Source of the DNA: Shigella phage ESh25
Strand: one strand, 5' to 3'
DNA: 64,000 nt
Sequence record: ON528735
Part shown: piece by piece, positions 54,871 through 64,000 of the stretch
How the letters are laid out: each line of letters begins with the position of its first letter
Position numbering within the stretch: the stretch's first letter is position 1
Program-made: the position numbers and the translations under genes
Notes under the pieces: model-generated
Told to the model about the DNA's origin: nothing
Database searches by the model: none
What the model saw: only the letters and a program-made list of their open reading frames with translations

Positions 54871-55145
54871 TCGAAATAATCTTCAATTTCATAATCAAGG
54901 ACATAAATCATTATAGTTTTTAATACATCATCAATACTTTTTCCTGGAGCTGGAATTACGTAAAAATATCCTGCTTTTGAGTTATCTTTATAAGTTCCAA
55001 TCAAGAAATCATTATTCCCAAGATGTAGTTCTTCAACTAATTCATTAACAATTGAGTGATATAAATTTGGTAGAAACTTGTATAGCTTTTCTAGAATATC
55101 AATTTTGATTGTGTATTGAACCACAGATTGAGAATCAATAATCAT
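54867..55145 (-). CDS. arn: Arn anti-restriction nuclease (McrBC inhibitor)
   Basis: 92 aa, acidic; sequence matches T4 Arn as I recall it (MIIDSQSVVQYTIKID...). Confidence 0.9.
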   Translation of the reverse strand: MIIDSQSVVQYTIKIDILEKLYKFLPNLYHSIVNELVEELHLGNNDFLIGTYKDNSKAGYFYVIPAPGKSIDDVLKTIMIYVLDYEIEDYFE

Positions 55146-55228
55146 AGACCTTCCCCTTATGTTTCTGTTTGCGATTAGATTCTTTAAACGCTTTCTTCTT
55201 ATCCTTATGGACAGAAGCTTTATTAAAA

Positions 55229-55447
55229 TTATGTTTTGCGACTAAATTGTTCATAGTGCTGAATTACCTCTCTTAAACAATTGCATGTGAATGAAAACTT
55301 TTTAGCTACACCACATTCAAATATATGTTCTCTTAAATCACGTGTGTCAGTATATCCCATCTCAACGATAAAATGTCTTATTAAATTTTTATCTTTATCA
55401 TTAAGAGAATTAAAATAATCAGATTTTGAATTAATTTCCCTGGCCAA
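55229..55447 (-). CDS. Hypothetical protein (arn.1 region)
   Basis: 72 aa ORF. Confidence 0.55.
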   Translation of the reverse strand: MAREINSKSDYFNSLNDKDKNLIRHFIVEMGYTDTRDLREHIFECGVAKKFSFTCNCLREVIQHYEQFSRKT

Positions 55448-55727
55448 ATTGAATCACCTTCAGTTGACGTTTTAATTCTTTTATCATTTCTTCGTTCATC
55501 GCAATATAAAGATCGCGTAAAGCAGGTTTTAACATTCCATTTACTGGAGAACTAAATGGACACACATAATCTTTTCCTACGAGCTTTTTGGCGAATTCCA
55601 TATTACAGAACTTAAATCCCGGCTCATTGGTATAAATTCCCCAATTAGTTGACATCATTTTATTAGCATATTCCAGTGCCTGGATTTGATTCATAATTCC
55701 ATCGATTTGAAACTTTTTAATATTCAT
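55431..55727 (-). CDS. Hypothetical protein (arn.2 region)
   Basis: 98 aa ORF. Confidence 0.55.
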   Translation of the reverse strand: MNIKKFQIDGIMNQIQALEYANKMMSTNWGIYTNEPGFKFCNMEFAKKLVGKDYVCPFSSPVNGMLKPALRDLYIAMNEEMIKELKRQLKVIQFGQGN

Positions 55728-56188
55728 TAGTAAAGGTCCTCAGAGTAAAGTTCTTTTTCACTACCACCACGTTCAATACGTACTTGTCCAGCGTAAGTTG
55801 CAATAATCATTGCTTCTTCGCGAGTCCAATAATTACTATATTGGTCAATAAACCCTTGGTCATCATCACAAACTTGTTGAGTAACTAATTGAGGTTTAAC
55901 TACATCTAAAACTTCTGCCATATCTTTAGAATAATGACGAGCACCTGGAATAATAAGAGTTCGTCCATCTTTTAATTTAAAACGGTTGGCTGCACAGACA
56001 ATTCGTCGTTGATACTTTTGGTTTTCATCCCAATATGCAGTCTGCCAACAGATTTCAGGAACTTCATCTAAAACATTTTGTTCTGTATATTCACCACCAT
56101 AAGAAGCTAATTTAGCAGCCAGACTTTCCGGAGTCTCACGAGATAAAGCTTTATCTAACAGAGCTAAACGTTCTTTAAAAGTTTTCAT
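55727..56188 (-). CDS. Hypothetical protein (arn.3 region)
   Basis: 153 aa ORF. Confidence 0.6.
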   Translation of the reverse strand: MKTFKERLALLDKALSRETPESLAAKLASYGGEYTEQNVLDEVPEICWQTAYWDENQKYQRRIVCAANRFKLKDGRTLIIPGARHYSKDMAEVLDVVKPQLVTQQVCDDDQGFIDQYSNYWTREEAMIIATYAGQVRIERGGSEKELYSEDLY

Positions 56189-56514
56189 TTAAACCATCCT
56201 TTAATACGCTGCCACAAAGTTTTCTGTTGAGCTTTGTTAACACCAATTGAACGAATAACCGGTTGAGATTCCTGGAATTCTTTATAATCGGCAAGGTAAA
56301 TTTCGTAAGCTGCATCTGTAAAGGAACTTATCGCTGCCATAAAATTATTGCGAATACCTACTGGAGCATCTTTACTTTCACGAATAATCATGTATTTACC
56401 AGTCTTAATCTTTACAATAGTTCCAAGATAAGCTCCATGGTACCAAATATCCCAACCCTCTTGAGTAGGTTCTGCACAACGACGAAGTTCATTGACAATT
56501 TCTAACTTGTTCAT
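56185..56514 (-). CDS. Hypothetical protein (arn.4/motA.1 region)
   Basis: 109 aa ORF. Confidence 0.6.
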   Translation of the reverse strand: MNKLEIVNELRRCAEPTQEGWDIWYHGAYLGTIVKIKTGKYMIIRESKDAPVGIRNNFMAAISSFTDAAYEIYLADYKEFQESQPVIRSIGVNKAQQKTLWQRIKGWFK

Positions 56515-56524
56515 TATTTATTCC

Positions 56525-57160
56525 TCACAGTTCAGATGCTACAGTGATTACAGCTTCAATGATTTCTGCCGAGCGTTTAATGTCAAGATACACATTACCG
56601 TTTTTAGCGATTTTACATGACATTCCGATATCAGTAAATTTCTGAATATGATGTTCCATCATTTTGTATCCAAAAATTCGCATATTTCCATTGTTGTTAA
56701 TTTCAAAATTGCGAATTCCATGTGTACGTTTTTCTAAAATGGCAAGATAATTACTACGATAAGTTTCAACCTTTTTAAGAACAAATCCATTTTCATCTAG
56801 CAGTTTTAACATGAGATCTTTATCTTCTTCCATATCGGAAGTAATCTCGCGAGCTTTACGAGTAGCACGTTTTTTCAGAAGTTCTGGAGCATTTTCTTGC
56901 GCATATAAAGTTGCTGCGTTTGAAATAATATCTTGCGCTTCGCCTGTGATGATTAATCCATCACCTGATTTCTCCACCAGGCCTTTTTTAATCAATACCC
57001 CAATATTACTATTAACTACTGCGTTACCTAAATCTGGATTCACCTCACGAACTTCTGCAGCTGTAATGAAATCTTTCTTAGCAATAGTAATTAAAATCGC
57101 AGCAGTTTTTTCATTCAGAACATCGTTAGAAGCTTTGATGATGTAAGTTACTTTAGACAT
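56525..57160 (-). CDS. motA: MotA middle-transcription activator
   Basis: 211 aa as T4 MotA; early promoter upstream. Confidence 0.95.
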   Translation of the reverse strand: MSKVTYIIKASNDVLNEKTAAILITIAKKDFITAAEVREVNPDLGNAVVNSNIGVLIKKGLVEKSGDGLIITGEAQDIISNAATLYAQENAPELLKKRATRKAREITSDMEEDKDLMLKLLDENGFVLKKVETYRSNYLAILEKRTHGIRNFEINNNGNMRIFGYKMMEHHIQKFTDIGMSCKIAKNGNVYLDIKRSAEIIEAVITVASEL

Positions 57161-57191
57161 TTTAATCTCCGTTTCAGTTCATTTATTTGAT

Positions 57192-57230
57192 AGGTCTATA
57201 GTATCATGTTTAAAGCAGAAGTAAACACTT
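57192..57230 (-). promoter_or_regulatory. Early promoter for motA
   Basis: Minus strand GTTTAC, spacer, TACTATAGAC; leader shares a 23-bp repeat with the next promoter. Confidence 0.55.
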
Positions 57231-57265
57231 TTTTGCACTCTTTTTCAAGAGCTCTAATAAAGTAC

Positions 57266-57493
57266 TTACTTAATGTTCAGATTACGAACTTCGATTTCGT
57301 CTTCATGGGCAAAATCAAACTGTTTGAATTCTGTGTCACCTTTAAATTTAAAAATCATTGTGAAGAAAGTCAGAACACCAGGTTTTTCTTCACGAACTCC
57401 ACAGATATTATATTCAATACCATCTACAACCAGTTTGTTAGCAGTCAGAGCATTTTTAGCTTTAACGATTTCGTTTTCGATTTTAAATTTCAT
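57266..57493 (-). CDS. Hypothetical protein
   Basis: 75 aa; own early promoter; leader shares a 23-bp repeat with the motA leader. Confidence 0.55.
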   Translation of the reverse strand: MKFKIENEIVKAKNALTANKLVVDGIEYNICGVREEKPGVLTFFTMIFKFKGDTEFKQFDFAHEDEIEVRNLNIK

Positions 57494-57535
57494 TTTTTGT
57501 ATCTCCGGGTTGTTTGTTTCAGTTCATTTATTTGA

Positions 57536-57575
57536 TAGTTGTATAGTACCACAGTATGCTTTGGTTGTAAACCGT
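57536..57575 (-). promoter_or_regulatory. Early promoter for the 57266-57493 gene
   Basis: Minus strand GTTTAC, spacer, TACTATACAACTATC. Confidence 0.5.
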
Positions 57576-57597
57576 TTTGTGAAAAAATTTTTGAAAT

Positions 57598-57628
57598 AAA
57601 AAAGGGAGAGCCGAGGCTCTCCCTAAAA
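57598..57628 (-). terminator. Terminator after the gene 52 / small membrane ORF unit
   Basis: gggagagcc-gag-gctctccc hairpin followed by TTTTTTATTT on the minus strand. Confidence 0.65.
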
Positions 57629-57778
57629 TTACTGCATGACTGTGATAACCGTCATGATAACACGTTGAATTCCGAACGCAAGAAGACCTCCTGCTACGGC
57701 AGGAACAACACCTAAACCCGCCAGTAAAATGCCACCAGATACTAATGCAGCGCTTGTGATACCAATGAATGGACTCAT
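57629..57778 (-). CDS. Small Gly-rich membrane peptide coupled to gene 52
   Basis: About 49 aa (MSPFIGITSAALVSGGILLAGLGVV...); ATG overlaps the gene 52 stop; terminator hairpin follows; hand-counted. Confidence 0.45.
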   Translation of the reverse strand: MSPFIGITSAALVSGGILLAGLGVVPAVAGGLLAFGIQRVIMTVITVMQ

Positions 57779-59103
57779 TTGATTTCCTCTAAATCTTTGG
57801 TGTATTCTGTAACTACATCAGTAGTTTTCCAATATTCGTTTTCTTCTTTTTTGGCTTTAGCTTCTTCAGCAAGTTTCTTTGCTTCGTCGGAAGTCATATG
57901 AAAAATATTCATTCCGACTAGTTTATCAACATAAGAAGAATACATCTCAATTTTAGAAAGTTCTTCGGTCAGTTCTTTACGAGTTTTACCCTGCACAACA
58001 ATTTCACCTGAAATTACTTTCTTAATGAAATGTGCCTTGGCAAAAGCTAAACGAAATGCTAATTCAGTTTCTTTGATTTTGTTATCAATTCGTTTTTGGA
58101 CATAAGTTTTACGAACTTCAACGAAGTCTTTGATTAAATCAACTACATTATCGTAAACTTGTAGTTTTCCTTTCTCATTAATAACCGTAATATTCTGAGA
58201 ACGACGCTCAATCAACCCGAAGTCTTTCATAATTTTTGCATGGCGTTCTTCTTCGTTATCGCTCAAAGAGTATTCTTTGCGGAATTTAACTTTGAAGCCA
58301 AAGCCATGCTCACCACAAGCATCATCCCATGTAATGAAGCCTTTATCTTCAAGCGGGTCTAAGATTTTACTCACATAAGTTTCACGATCATACTTATATG
58401 GAATCTCAGTGATATGCATTTGAGTTCGTGAAGTAAACTTATATGTTCCACGAATTTCATATTGCCCATCAATTTCAACGACTTCACCACGAAATTCTGG
58501 GAATTCTACCTTCGGTTTAGTTACTTTCTTTCCTTGAAGAGCTTGCAGTACAGCTTTCTTGACAGAAGAAACACTATGAGGAAGAATGTAAGTTGCATAA
58601 CCAGTTGCAATACCGGAAACGCCATTAAGAAGAACAGTAGGAATAATAGGCAAATAGAAAGCAGGCGGAATGTGTTCTTTATCTTGATGTACCGGAGCAT
58701 ATTCAGTATCTTTATATACGTTATAGAAATTTTTACTTACACGAGCAAAAATATAACGACTTGCTGCTGCCTTTTGGACAGTACGAGAACCAAAGTTTCC
58801 TTGACCGTCTAACAGAGGAAAGTTATTATTCCAAGTGTTAGCCATCAAAGCACCTGCGTCTTGTGCAGAGTTTTCGCCATGGTGATATCCAAGGTCCGCT
58901 ACACCACCTGCAATAGAAGCGAGTTTGTGAAACTTATCTTTATTTCCTCGTGCCAAATCAAGAGCTCGAGCAATAACAAATCGTTGAACTGGCTTAAATC
59001 CATCAATCATATTTGGGATAGCACGATTTTCAACCGTGTACATAGCATAAGCCAATGCTTCATTATCAATGATACTTTTTAAATCGCGATTATTCAGTTG
59101 CAT
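57775..59103 (-). CDS. 52: DNA topoisomerase II medium subunit gp52
   Basis: 442 aa as T4 gp52. Confidence 0.95.
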   Translation of the reverse strand: MQLNNRDLKSIIDNEALAYAMYTVENRAIPNMIDGFKPVQRFVIARALDLARGNKDKFHKLASIAGGVADLGYHHGENSAQDAGALMANTWNNNFPLLDGQGNFGSRTVQKAAASRYIFARVSKNFYNVYKDTEYAPVHQDKEHIPPAFYLPIIPTVLLNGVSGIATGYATYILPHSVSSVKKAVLQALQGKKVTKPKVEFPEFRGEVVEIDGQYEIRGTYKFTSRTQMHITEIPYKYDRETYVSKILDPLEDKGFITWDDACGEHGFGFKVKFRKEYSLSDNEEERHAKIMKDFGLIERRSQNITVINEKGKLQVYDNVVDLIKDFVEVRKTYVQKRIDNKIKETELAFRLAFAKAHFIKKVISGEIVVQGKTRKELTEELSKIEMYSSYVDKLVGMNIFHMTSDEAKKLAEEAKAKKEENEYWKTTDVVTEYTKDLEEIK

Positions 59104-59267
59104 AAATTTACCATACTAGTGAATGTAGTGCCATAATAACATCAGAAATGAAAAGCACGACTTGAATTAATCCGAACATTATTCCGTAATATAACGCTAT
59201 CAATAAAATAGCAAGGGCTAATGAATAGCCCAAGATTTTCTTAATCATTAGATAACAACACAAATGT

Positions 59268-59396
59268 TAAATATGCACACATACCTTGGGCTAAAGCCTG
59301 CGAAAACACACTGCTGGCATCGATACAGATAGTTAAAACACATGCTACTATCCAACAAATAAATGAAATAACTCCTAATAATTTTGCGATATTCAT
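59268..59396 (-). CDS. Small membrane peptide (ac-like position)
   Basis: About 42 aa hydrophobic ORF (MNIAKLLGVISFICWIVACVL...) between gene 52 and stp, where T4 has ac; a second hydrophobic mini-ORF lies at about 59108-59249. Confidence 0.4.
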
Positions 59397-59403
59397 ATTT
59401 TCC

Positions 59404-59484
59404 TCACTGGCGTCCGAAGACGCCTTTAGTTTTAAGATTATTACGATAGAACTGCATCACGTGTTCGTTGTGGAAATTACTCAT
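59404..59484 (-). CDS. stp: Stp peptide (activator of host PrrC anticodon nuclease)
   Basis: 26-codon [29 protein letters not shown], matching T4 Stp as I recall it; start overlaps the ndd stop (TAATG). Confidence 0.85.
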
Positions 59485-59942
59485 TAATATGCCTGCAAAA
59501 CGAATTTAAAATTATCAGCCAACATACGGTTCATTTCTTCAAGTGTTTGATACTCAGAATGATGATTACGAGTAAACGCTAAAGCTAACTGTCCTTTTCC
59601 AAATCCCGTCGTCAGAGGTTTCATCTTAGAAGCAGGCAGATAAAATACTGTGTATGGAACATTGTTATTTGCAATAGTACGTGCAAGCTGAGACCGACGT
59701 TGACGAATATGACTTAGAACTGCACTGAATCCTTGCTTAGAACGCTGATTACCTACATAAAATCGTGCAGACACACATGGATTACTAAATGGACGACCAT
59801 CTAATTTACTTACTAAAAAGTAAAATCCAGGTTTAGATAAAATGTCTTTATGCGGAGTTCCCAAAAACCATTCACCGCCCTTGATTGTGCCAATAACAGT
59901 AGCGCCTGCATTATTCAGATCAGTAACAGTCATGTATTTCAT
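59484..59942 (-). CDS. ndd: Ndd nucleoid disruption protein
   Basis: 151 aa from the internal Met [13 protein letters not shown]...; the track ORF extends 16 codons upstream. Confidence 0.85.
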
Positions 59943-60002
59943 ATTAATTTCCTCTAAATTATTTTCTACTCCAAGGCCGCATGAATACACACGGCCATTA
60001 AA

Positions 60003-60218
60003 TTACTCGTCGCAGTCGACGCTCAATTCCCAGAATTCTTCTACGGTATAAGTTTCAGTATCATTTTCAATACAGAAACGTTCATTACTGTTATTTGCTA
60101 AAGTAGCGTTAACTGTCATTTTCTCGCTGGTGCTCTTAAGAGGTGAAATACGAATTAACTGATCACCACTATTCAAGCAAAAAATTTCGCCAACTTTTAC
60201 ATCTTTAAAAATTTTCAT
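60003..60218 (-). CDS. Hypothetical protein (ndd.1 region)
   Basis: 71 aa ORF. Confidence 0.55.
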   Translation of the reverse strand: MKIFKDVKVGEIFCLNSGDQLIRISPLKSTSEKMTVNATLANNSNERFCIENDTETYTVEEFWELSVDCDE

Positions 60219-60333
60219 AATTCACCTCAGGGAGTATAAAACCCAAATGCAGTTGTTGACCATCCCATCCAATATGGAAAATTTGCACCAATGTAAAACA
60301 TAAGAATATAAAACCAACCGCTCAGCAAATTCA

Positions 60334-60552
60334 TCATTTTACACCATTCCAAATTGTTTCAACTACGGATTTTAAACCATTTTGATGAATGTCCATTCCG
60401 ACTACCGCCATCAAATAGATTCCAACTACAACTGAACCTAAGGCAAAAATCAGCATGAAAATGAATAAAGCCGGAAAAATATTATCGAAAAACCATTCAA
60501 TAAATGTAAAAGCACTGCGTTTACGCTTCATATTTTCCTCACATAAATCCAA
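60334..60552 (-). CDS. Small membrane protein
   Basis: 72 aa; hydrophobic helix FPALFIFMLIFALGSVVVGIYLMAVVG. Confidence 0.5.
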   Translation of the reverse strand: MDLCEENMKRKRSAFTFIEWFFDNIFPALFIFMLIFALGSVVVGIYLMAVVGMDIHQNGLKSVVETIWNGVK

Positions 60553-60652
60553 AATAAACGTTTAATACATCAATCATTAAAACGATTGGGAATATACTCA
60601 AAACTATTAGTATTATAACTACATTCCATATAGCTTTAATAATCTTTTTCAT
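60539..60652 (-). CDS. Small membrane peptide
   Basis: About 37 aa from the internal Met (MKKIIKAIWNVVIILIVLSIFPIVL...), downstream of an early promoter. Confidence 0.4.
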   Translation of the reverse strand: MKKIIKAIWNVVIILIVLSIFPIVLMIDVLNVYFGFM

Positions 60653-60674
60653 TTTCTGTTCCTCCGTAGTTGAT

Positions 60675-60712
60675 AGGGTAATAGTACCACGGAGGAACAG
60701 TCTTGTAAACCA
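60675..60712 (-). promoter_or_regulatory. Early promoter in the ndd.x cluster
   Basis: Minus strand GTTTAC, spacer, TACTATTACCCTATC. Confidence 0.45.
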
Positions 60713-60894
60713 CTTTTTAAAAATATTCGTAATAAATGTGAATACCAACTACTACCGCTGAAACTTGCGCAACCCACCACGCACAAGCAATAAGTACAGA
60801 ATTCAAAATTTTCATAATAACCTCATTACAAAAGTAAATGTTAAACAAATTACTGGAATACTAATTAACCAAACAAAACACCACCACAGTGAAC

Positions 60895-61158
60895 TCATAG
60901 TTCAATCTCAGCGATTTTCATTTCATTACTATTAATAGCCGCTTTAAGACTATCTGAAAGAATTACATTCCAGTGGTCATTCATATGACCATTAACTAAG
61001 CGTGTAATTTCTTCAGGAGTTGAAAAATAAGGCTGATCAGACTCCCAGTGCGATAATCCTAAGCGAGTATAAATCATGCCTTCATCATCGCTAGAATATT
61101 CAACTGACACAAACTCATCAGTTATTTTATGTTTAGCGTAATAAAATTTAAATTTCAT
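60895..61158 (-). CDS. Hypothetical protein
   Basis: About 87 aa from the internal Met MKFKFYYAKH after a GGAG RBS; the longer track ORF would contain the upstream promoter. Confidence 0.5.
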   Translation of the reverse strand: MKFKFYYAKHKITDEFVSVEYSSDDEGMIYTRLGLSHWESDQPYFSTPEEITRLVNGHMNDHWNVILSDSLKAAINSNEMKIAEIEL

Positions 61159-61181
61159 TTTATTCTCCAAATCCGTATCAG

Positions 61182-61218
61182 TTGATAGTTGTATAGTACC
61201 ACGGTCCTTGTGGTATGT
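61182..61218 (-). promoter_or_regulatory. Early promoter downstream of denB
   Basis: Minus strand GTTTAC, spacer, TACTATACAACTATC; taccac/gtggta inverted repeat in the spacer. Confidence 0.45.
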
Positions 61219-61238
61219 AAACTGTTTTGTGAAATTTT

Positions 61239-61796
61239 TTAAATGGAAAGATACCATCCGTTGTAGTTGCTTTTTCTTACAACCTTACGAAGGTCTTCTC
61301 TGTCACCGATGAACTTCGGAGTGTACTGGATGACACCTGGATGAATTTCTTTAGTGTTGAATATAATTATACAGTCAGCGACTTGATGATTTAGAATGGG
61401 CCCTAGATTTATTCCAGAACCGTATGGATACTCTCCGCTGCATCCTGTTGTTACAGAAATCCAACGTGAGTCAGTTTGGTGTGTCTTAACTTCTACACGG
61501 AGCCCACAGTATTTTGGATGTGCCAAAACATCCCATGCATATGTGTACGGATCATCGACATCTTCTTGGCCTTTATTGACATATCCGCTTAGCCAATCTG
61601 CCACAAAAAACTCTGCGTACACAGCGATACGGCATCTTTCGATAACTTCTGCCTTATCCTGATTTGGATTTTGTTTTAAAGAGTATCTTGCAGTATCAGC
61701 AATTTTGGCCTTCATTTCACTAGTCAAGTCACTGTTAGATAGGGTAAATGACGGAATCTGAAATAGTCTCTGCAAACCCGGATTCGTTTTCTGCAT
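61239..61796 (-). CDS. denB: Endonuclease IV
   Basis: 185 aa as T4 DenB; synteny next to rIIB. Confidence 0.85.
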   Translation of the reverse strand: MQKTNPGLQRLFQIPSFTLSNSDLTSEMKAKIADTARYSLKQNPNQDKAEVIERCRIAVYAEFFVADWLSGYVNKGQEDVDDPYTYAWDVLAHPKYCGLRVEVKTHQTDSRWISVTTGCSGEYPYGSGINLGPILNHQVADCIIIFNTKEIHPGVIQYTPKFIGDREDLRKVVRKSNYNGWYLSI

Positions 61797-61835
61797 TTAA
61801 ACTTTCCTTTATGTCGGAATCATAATTTCTCTTAA

Positions 61836-61858
61836 AACAAAAGGGCCGAAGCCCTTAT
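61836..61858 (-). terminator. Terminator after denB.1
   Basis: aagggcc-gaag-cccttt hairpin followed by TTTTGTTTT on the minus strand; the same hairpin recurs at about 62068. Confidence 0.55.
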
Positions 61859-62053
61859 TTATTTGAATTGTGCAATTCTTTTCTCTAAACATTCAGCATA
61901 AGATTTCATTGAGATGAACTGTGAAAGTAGCAGTTCTTGCTCAACTGCACTAACTGTTAGAAACTTTGCGCTTTCTAAAAATTTACTCAGTGCATTAATT
62001 TTGAGCATTAATTGATCGTATTCTTCTTTTACTCGTGCTTGATAACCTAACAT
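61859..62053 (-). CDS. Hypothetical coiled-coil protein (denB.1 position)
   Basis: 64 aa ORF flanked by GC hairpins. Confidence 0.55.
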   Translation of the reverse strand: MLGYQARVKEEYDQLMLKINALSKFLESAKFLTVSAVEQELLLSQFISMKSYAECLEKRIAQFK

Positions 62054-62081
62054 AATTTTCCTTAGTTAAGGGCCGAAGCCC

Positions 62082-63020
62082 TTATTTAAATTGTTCAGTA
62101 ACGTCTTCAATTACTTCGTATTGGCAGGTACGCATTTTAGCGTCGTTGTAATCAATCGGAATTGATACTACATCACGAGGATGAACTTTAACTTTTACAA
62201 CTCGACTAGTTGAACCACCGAAGTGACGAATATAAGATTTAGAACACACATGCAGACCACGAGAACAAGTTTGTGTATCATCGTCATTCACACGAGTACG
62301 CGGCATTTTAACTACTTTACCCGGGCTGTTATCAAAGGTGTTTGAATGACAGTCAAAGTAATTACTACGAACTACTTTCCAAGCATAGAAGTAACCATCT
62401 TCTGTAATTTCAATATCATTTGCTACCAAGAAATCAAAGAGTCGAGATACCGCTTTTTGGCTTGGGTTTTCCAGCAGATTTTCCAAGAACGGAAAATAAA
62501 ATTCAAAGTTTTCGCCTTTTTCCATCGAATCAAGAATACGATCAACCAAACCAGACCGCAATTCAATATTTTGATAGAATAAGCTTCCACCTTCAATTCG
62601 AACATCGCCGGAAATATATTTTTCAACAGCGCGACGAACATTAATTTTTTGTGCCGCTTCTTCTAACTTATCTGCTACGAGCAGATTAAGAATTTCCTGG
62701 AAGTTTGAATGTGTATTAGGAGTTGCGTTATAAGTTACACCGTCAACAGTAATTGAAATGAATTTTTTAGATGCATTCCAAATAATGTCAGATTTAGCAA
62801 CTGGAGCAATAACTGCATCGCTATTAACTTTAACTGTAATATCACCGCTAATAGTAACTTTAGGGCGTTTAGCTTCTTCAGCATTTTTCAAAACACGACG
62901 AATTGTGTCAACCGATACACCTTGCCAATCAGCCAATTCCTGTTGGGTGTAATTACCACTTGAATACAGCTTAACAATTTCAGCTTGTTCGTTTTTGGTC
63001 AGGCATTTAATATTGTACAT
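62082..63020 (-). CDS. rIIB: rIIB
   Basis: 312 aa as T4 rIIB; directly downstream of rIIA. Confidence 0.95.
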   Translation of the reverse strand: MYNIKCLTKNEQAEIVKLYSSGNYTQQELADWQGVSVDTIRRVLKNAEEAKRPKVTISGDITVKVNSDAVIAPVAKSDIIWNASKKFISITVDGVTYNATPNTHSNFQEILNLLVADKLEEAAQKINVRRAVEKYISGDVRIEGGSLFYQNIELRSGLVDRILDSMEKGENFEFYFPFLENLLENPSQKAVSRLFDFLVANDIEITEDGYFYAWKVVRSNYFDCHSNTFDNSPGKVVKMPRTRVNDDDTQTCSRGLHVCSKSYIRHFGGSTSRVVKVKVHPRDVVSIPIDYNDAKMRTCQYEVIEDVTEQFK

Positions 63021-63031
63021 AATTTTCCTTA

Positions 63032-64000
63032 TTAGGCCGCAAGGGCCTTCATAGTTTTAGCGATTTGGGAAACTTCATCATCACTTAAAGAGTTGCGATA
63101 ACCGATGAAGTCGGAAACAATACGGAATTTCTTGGTAAACTCAGCAACCATTTTATCACTGTTTTTTGAAGCATTATTTGATAATTCATCAAAGAGATTA
63201 GTTACTGTCCAGATATCATGACCGATGGTATCTTTTCCACCATTGAAATATACACCGCGCAATGAACTAACTATATTAGCGAGTCGTGTATATTCTTCAG
63301 AAACTTCATCTGTACTGAAGTACTTCATCATAAAATCTAGCTCAGGATACTTGATAATTTTATCAATATATCGTTGAGCTGAACTTGAATAACCTACATA
63401 CTTATCATAATCTACATCATCAAAAGCATCTACATATAAATCACGCAAAGCTTCAAAAATACATTGGCACTGACTGAGTTCTTTTACCTTTTTCTGTAAA
63501 AGCGGACGAATAACATAAAATTCATTAATGCCAATAAGATTAGCCATACGAATCAAAATATTCATAGATGGATGACAAAGTGATGTAGTACCATCCATAG
63601 AGAAAATATCAGAACGATGCATATACGCTACATAACCAGTAATTTCATCTGCTTCTGATGTGAGCGTAAATAATTCCTCTTTTTCCCAGCGCCCATCTTT
63701 AATTTCAAATTTAAATGCTGTAGCAGCTTTAGGACGAGGAGCTTTACTTTTAACTACCTTTGGAATATAGCTTTTAACTAAAGTTTCAATTTCTGACAGA
63801 TAATGAATGTTAACTTCATCACTTTCAAACATTGCCATAATATCAGGTAGTAAATCAATCTGCGATTCTACTTCCGGATTAATAAACAGAAGACGCTCAT
63901 TGTGATGAATATTCAAAGTGTTATTAAATTCACTATCATCTAGCGCATGTGCTAATCCACGGACAATATTAACACGATTTTTAATATTATCAATAACGAT
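63032..64000 (-). CDS. rIIA: rIIA, C-terminal portion (5' end outside window)
   Basis: Frame is open to the window edge; position upstream of rIIB. Confidence 0.85.
   Translation of the reverse strand: MVIDNIKNRVNIVRGLAHALDDSEFNNTLNIHHNERLLFINPEVESQIDLLPDIMAMFESDEVNIHYLSEIETLVKSYIPKVVKSKAPRPKAATAFKFEIKDGRWEKEELFTLTSEADEITGYVAYMHRSDIFSMDGTTSLCHPSMNILIRMANLIGINEFYVIRPLLQKKVKELSQCQCIFEALRDLYVDAFDDVDYDKYVGYSSSAQRYIDKIIKYPELDFMMKYFSTDEVSEEYTRLANIVSSLRGVYFNGGKDTIGHDIWTVTNLFDELSNNASKNSDKMVAEFTKKFRIVSDFIGYRNSLSDDEVSQIAKTMKALAA

Noticed and set aside
61836-63060. Recurring GC-rich hairpins (gggccgaagccc, ggccgcaagggcc) that might be CRISPR-like repeats
   Set aside because: Irregular spacing, each in an intergenic gap with terminator or stability-hairpin context; these are the tetraloop hairpins typical of T4 intergenic regions.

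Overview
This window is a contiguous segment of a T4-like (T-even, Tequatrovirus-type) coliphage genome, running from the 3' end of major capsid gene 23 to the 3' part of rIIA. Gene order and protein lengths follow T4 closely: 24, rnlB, hoc, inh, a GIY-YIG seg gene, uvsW, uvsY, the baseplate hub and tape-measure block (25, 26, 51, 27, 28, 29, 48, 54), alt, DNA ligase 30, the 30.x cluster, rIII, 31, cd, pseT, spanins, alc, rnlA, denA, nrdB, nrdA, td, frd, 32, 59, 33, dsbA, rnh, long tail fibre genes 34-38, holin t, asiA, arn, motA, 52, ac/stp/ndd, denB, rIIB and rIIA. It is not T4 itself: td and nrdB are uninterrupted (no group I introns), gp38 is the long glycine-rich T2/T6-type adhesin, there are two full-length Alt-like genes in tandem, and an extra ORF sits between frd and td. 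I found no tRNA, rRNA, CRISPR array or integrase. I could not identify a single clearly undescribed system; the strongest candidates are (1) an ADP-ribosylation set made of two divergent Alt-like transferases and a NADAR-like putative ADP-ribose hydrolase (30.3) beside a HAD-like protein (30.2), (2) the extra ORF between frd and td, and (3) near-identical early-promoter/leader cassettes that flank small accessory ORFs. CDS coordinates come from the supplied ORF track, adjusted where an internal start fits better; coordinates of promoters, hairpins and ORFs under 60 codons were counted by hand and may be off by 1-3 nt. All product names rest on my recall of T4 proteins, motifs and synteny, not on a database search.
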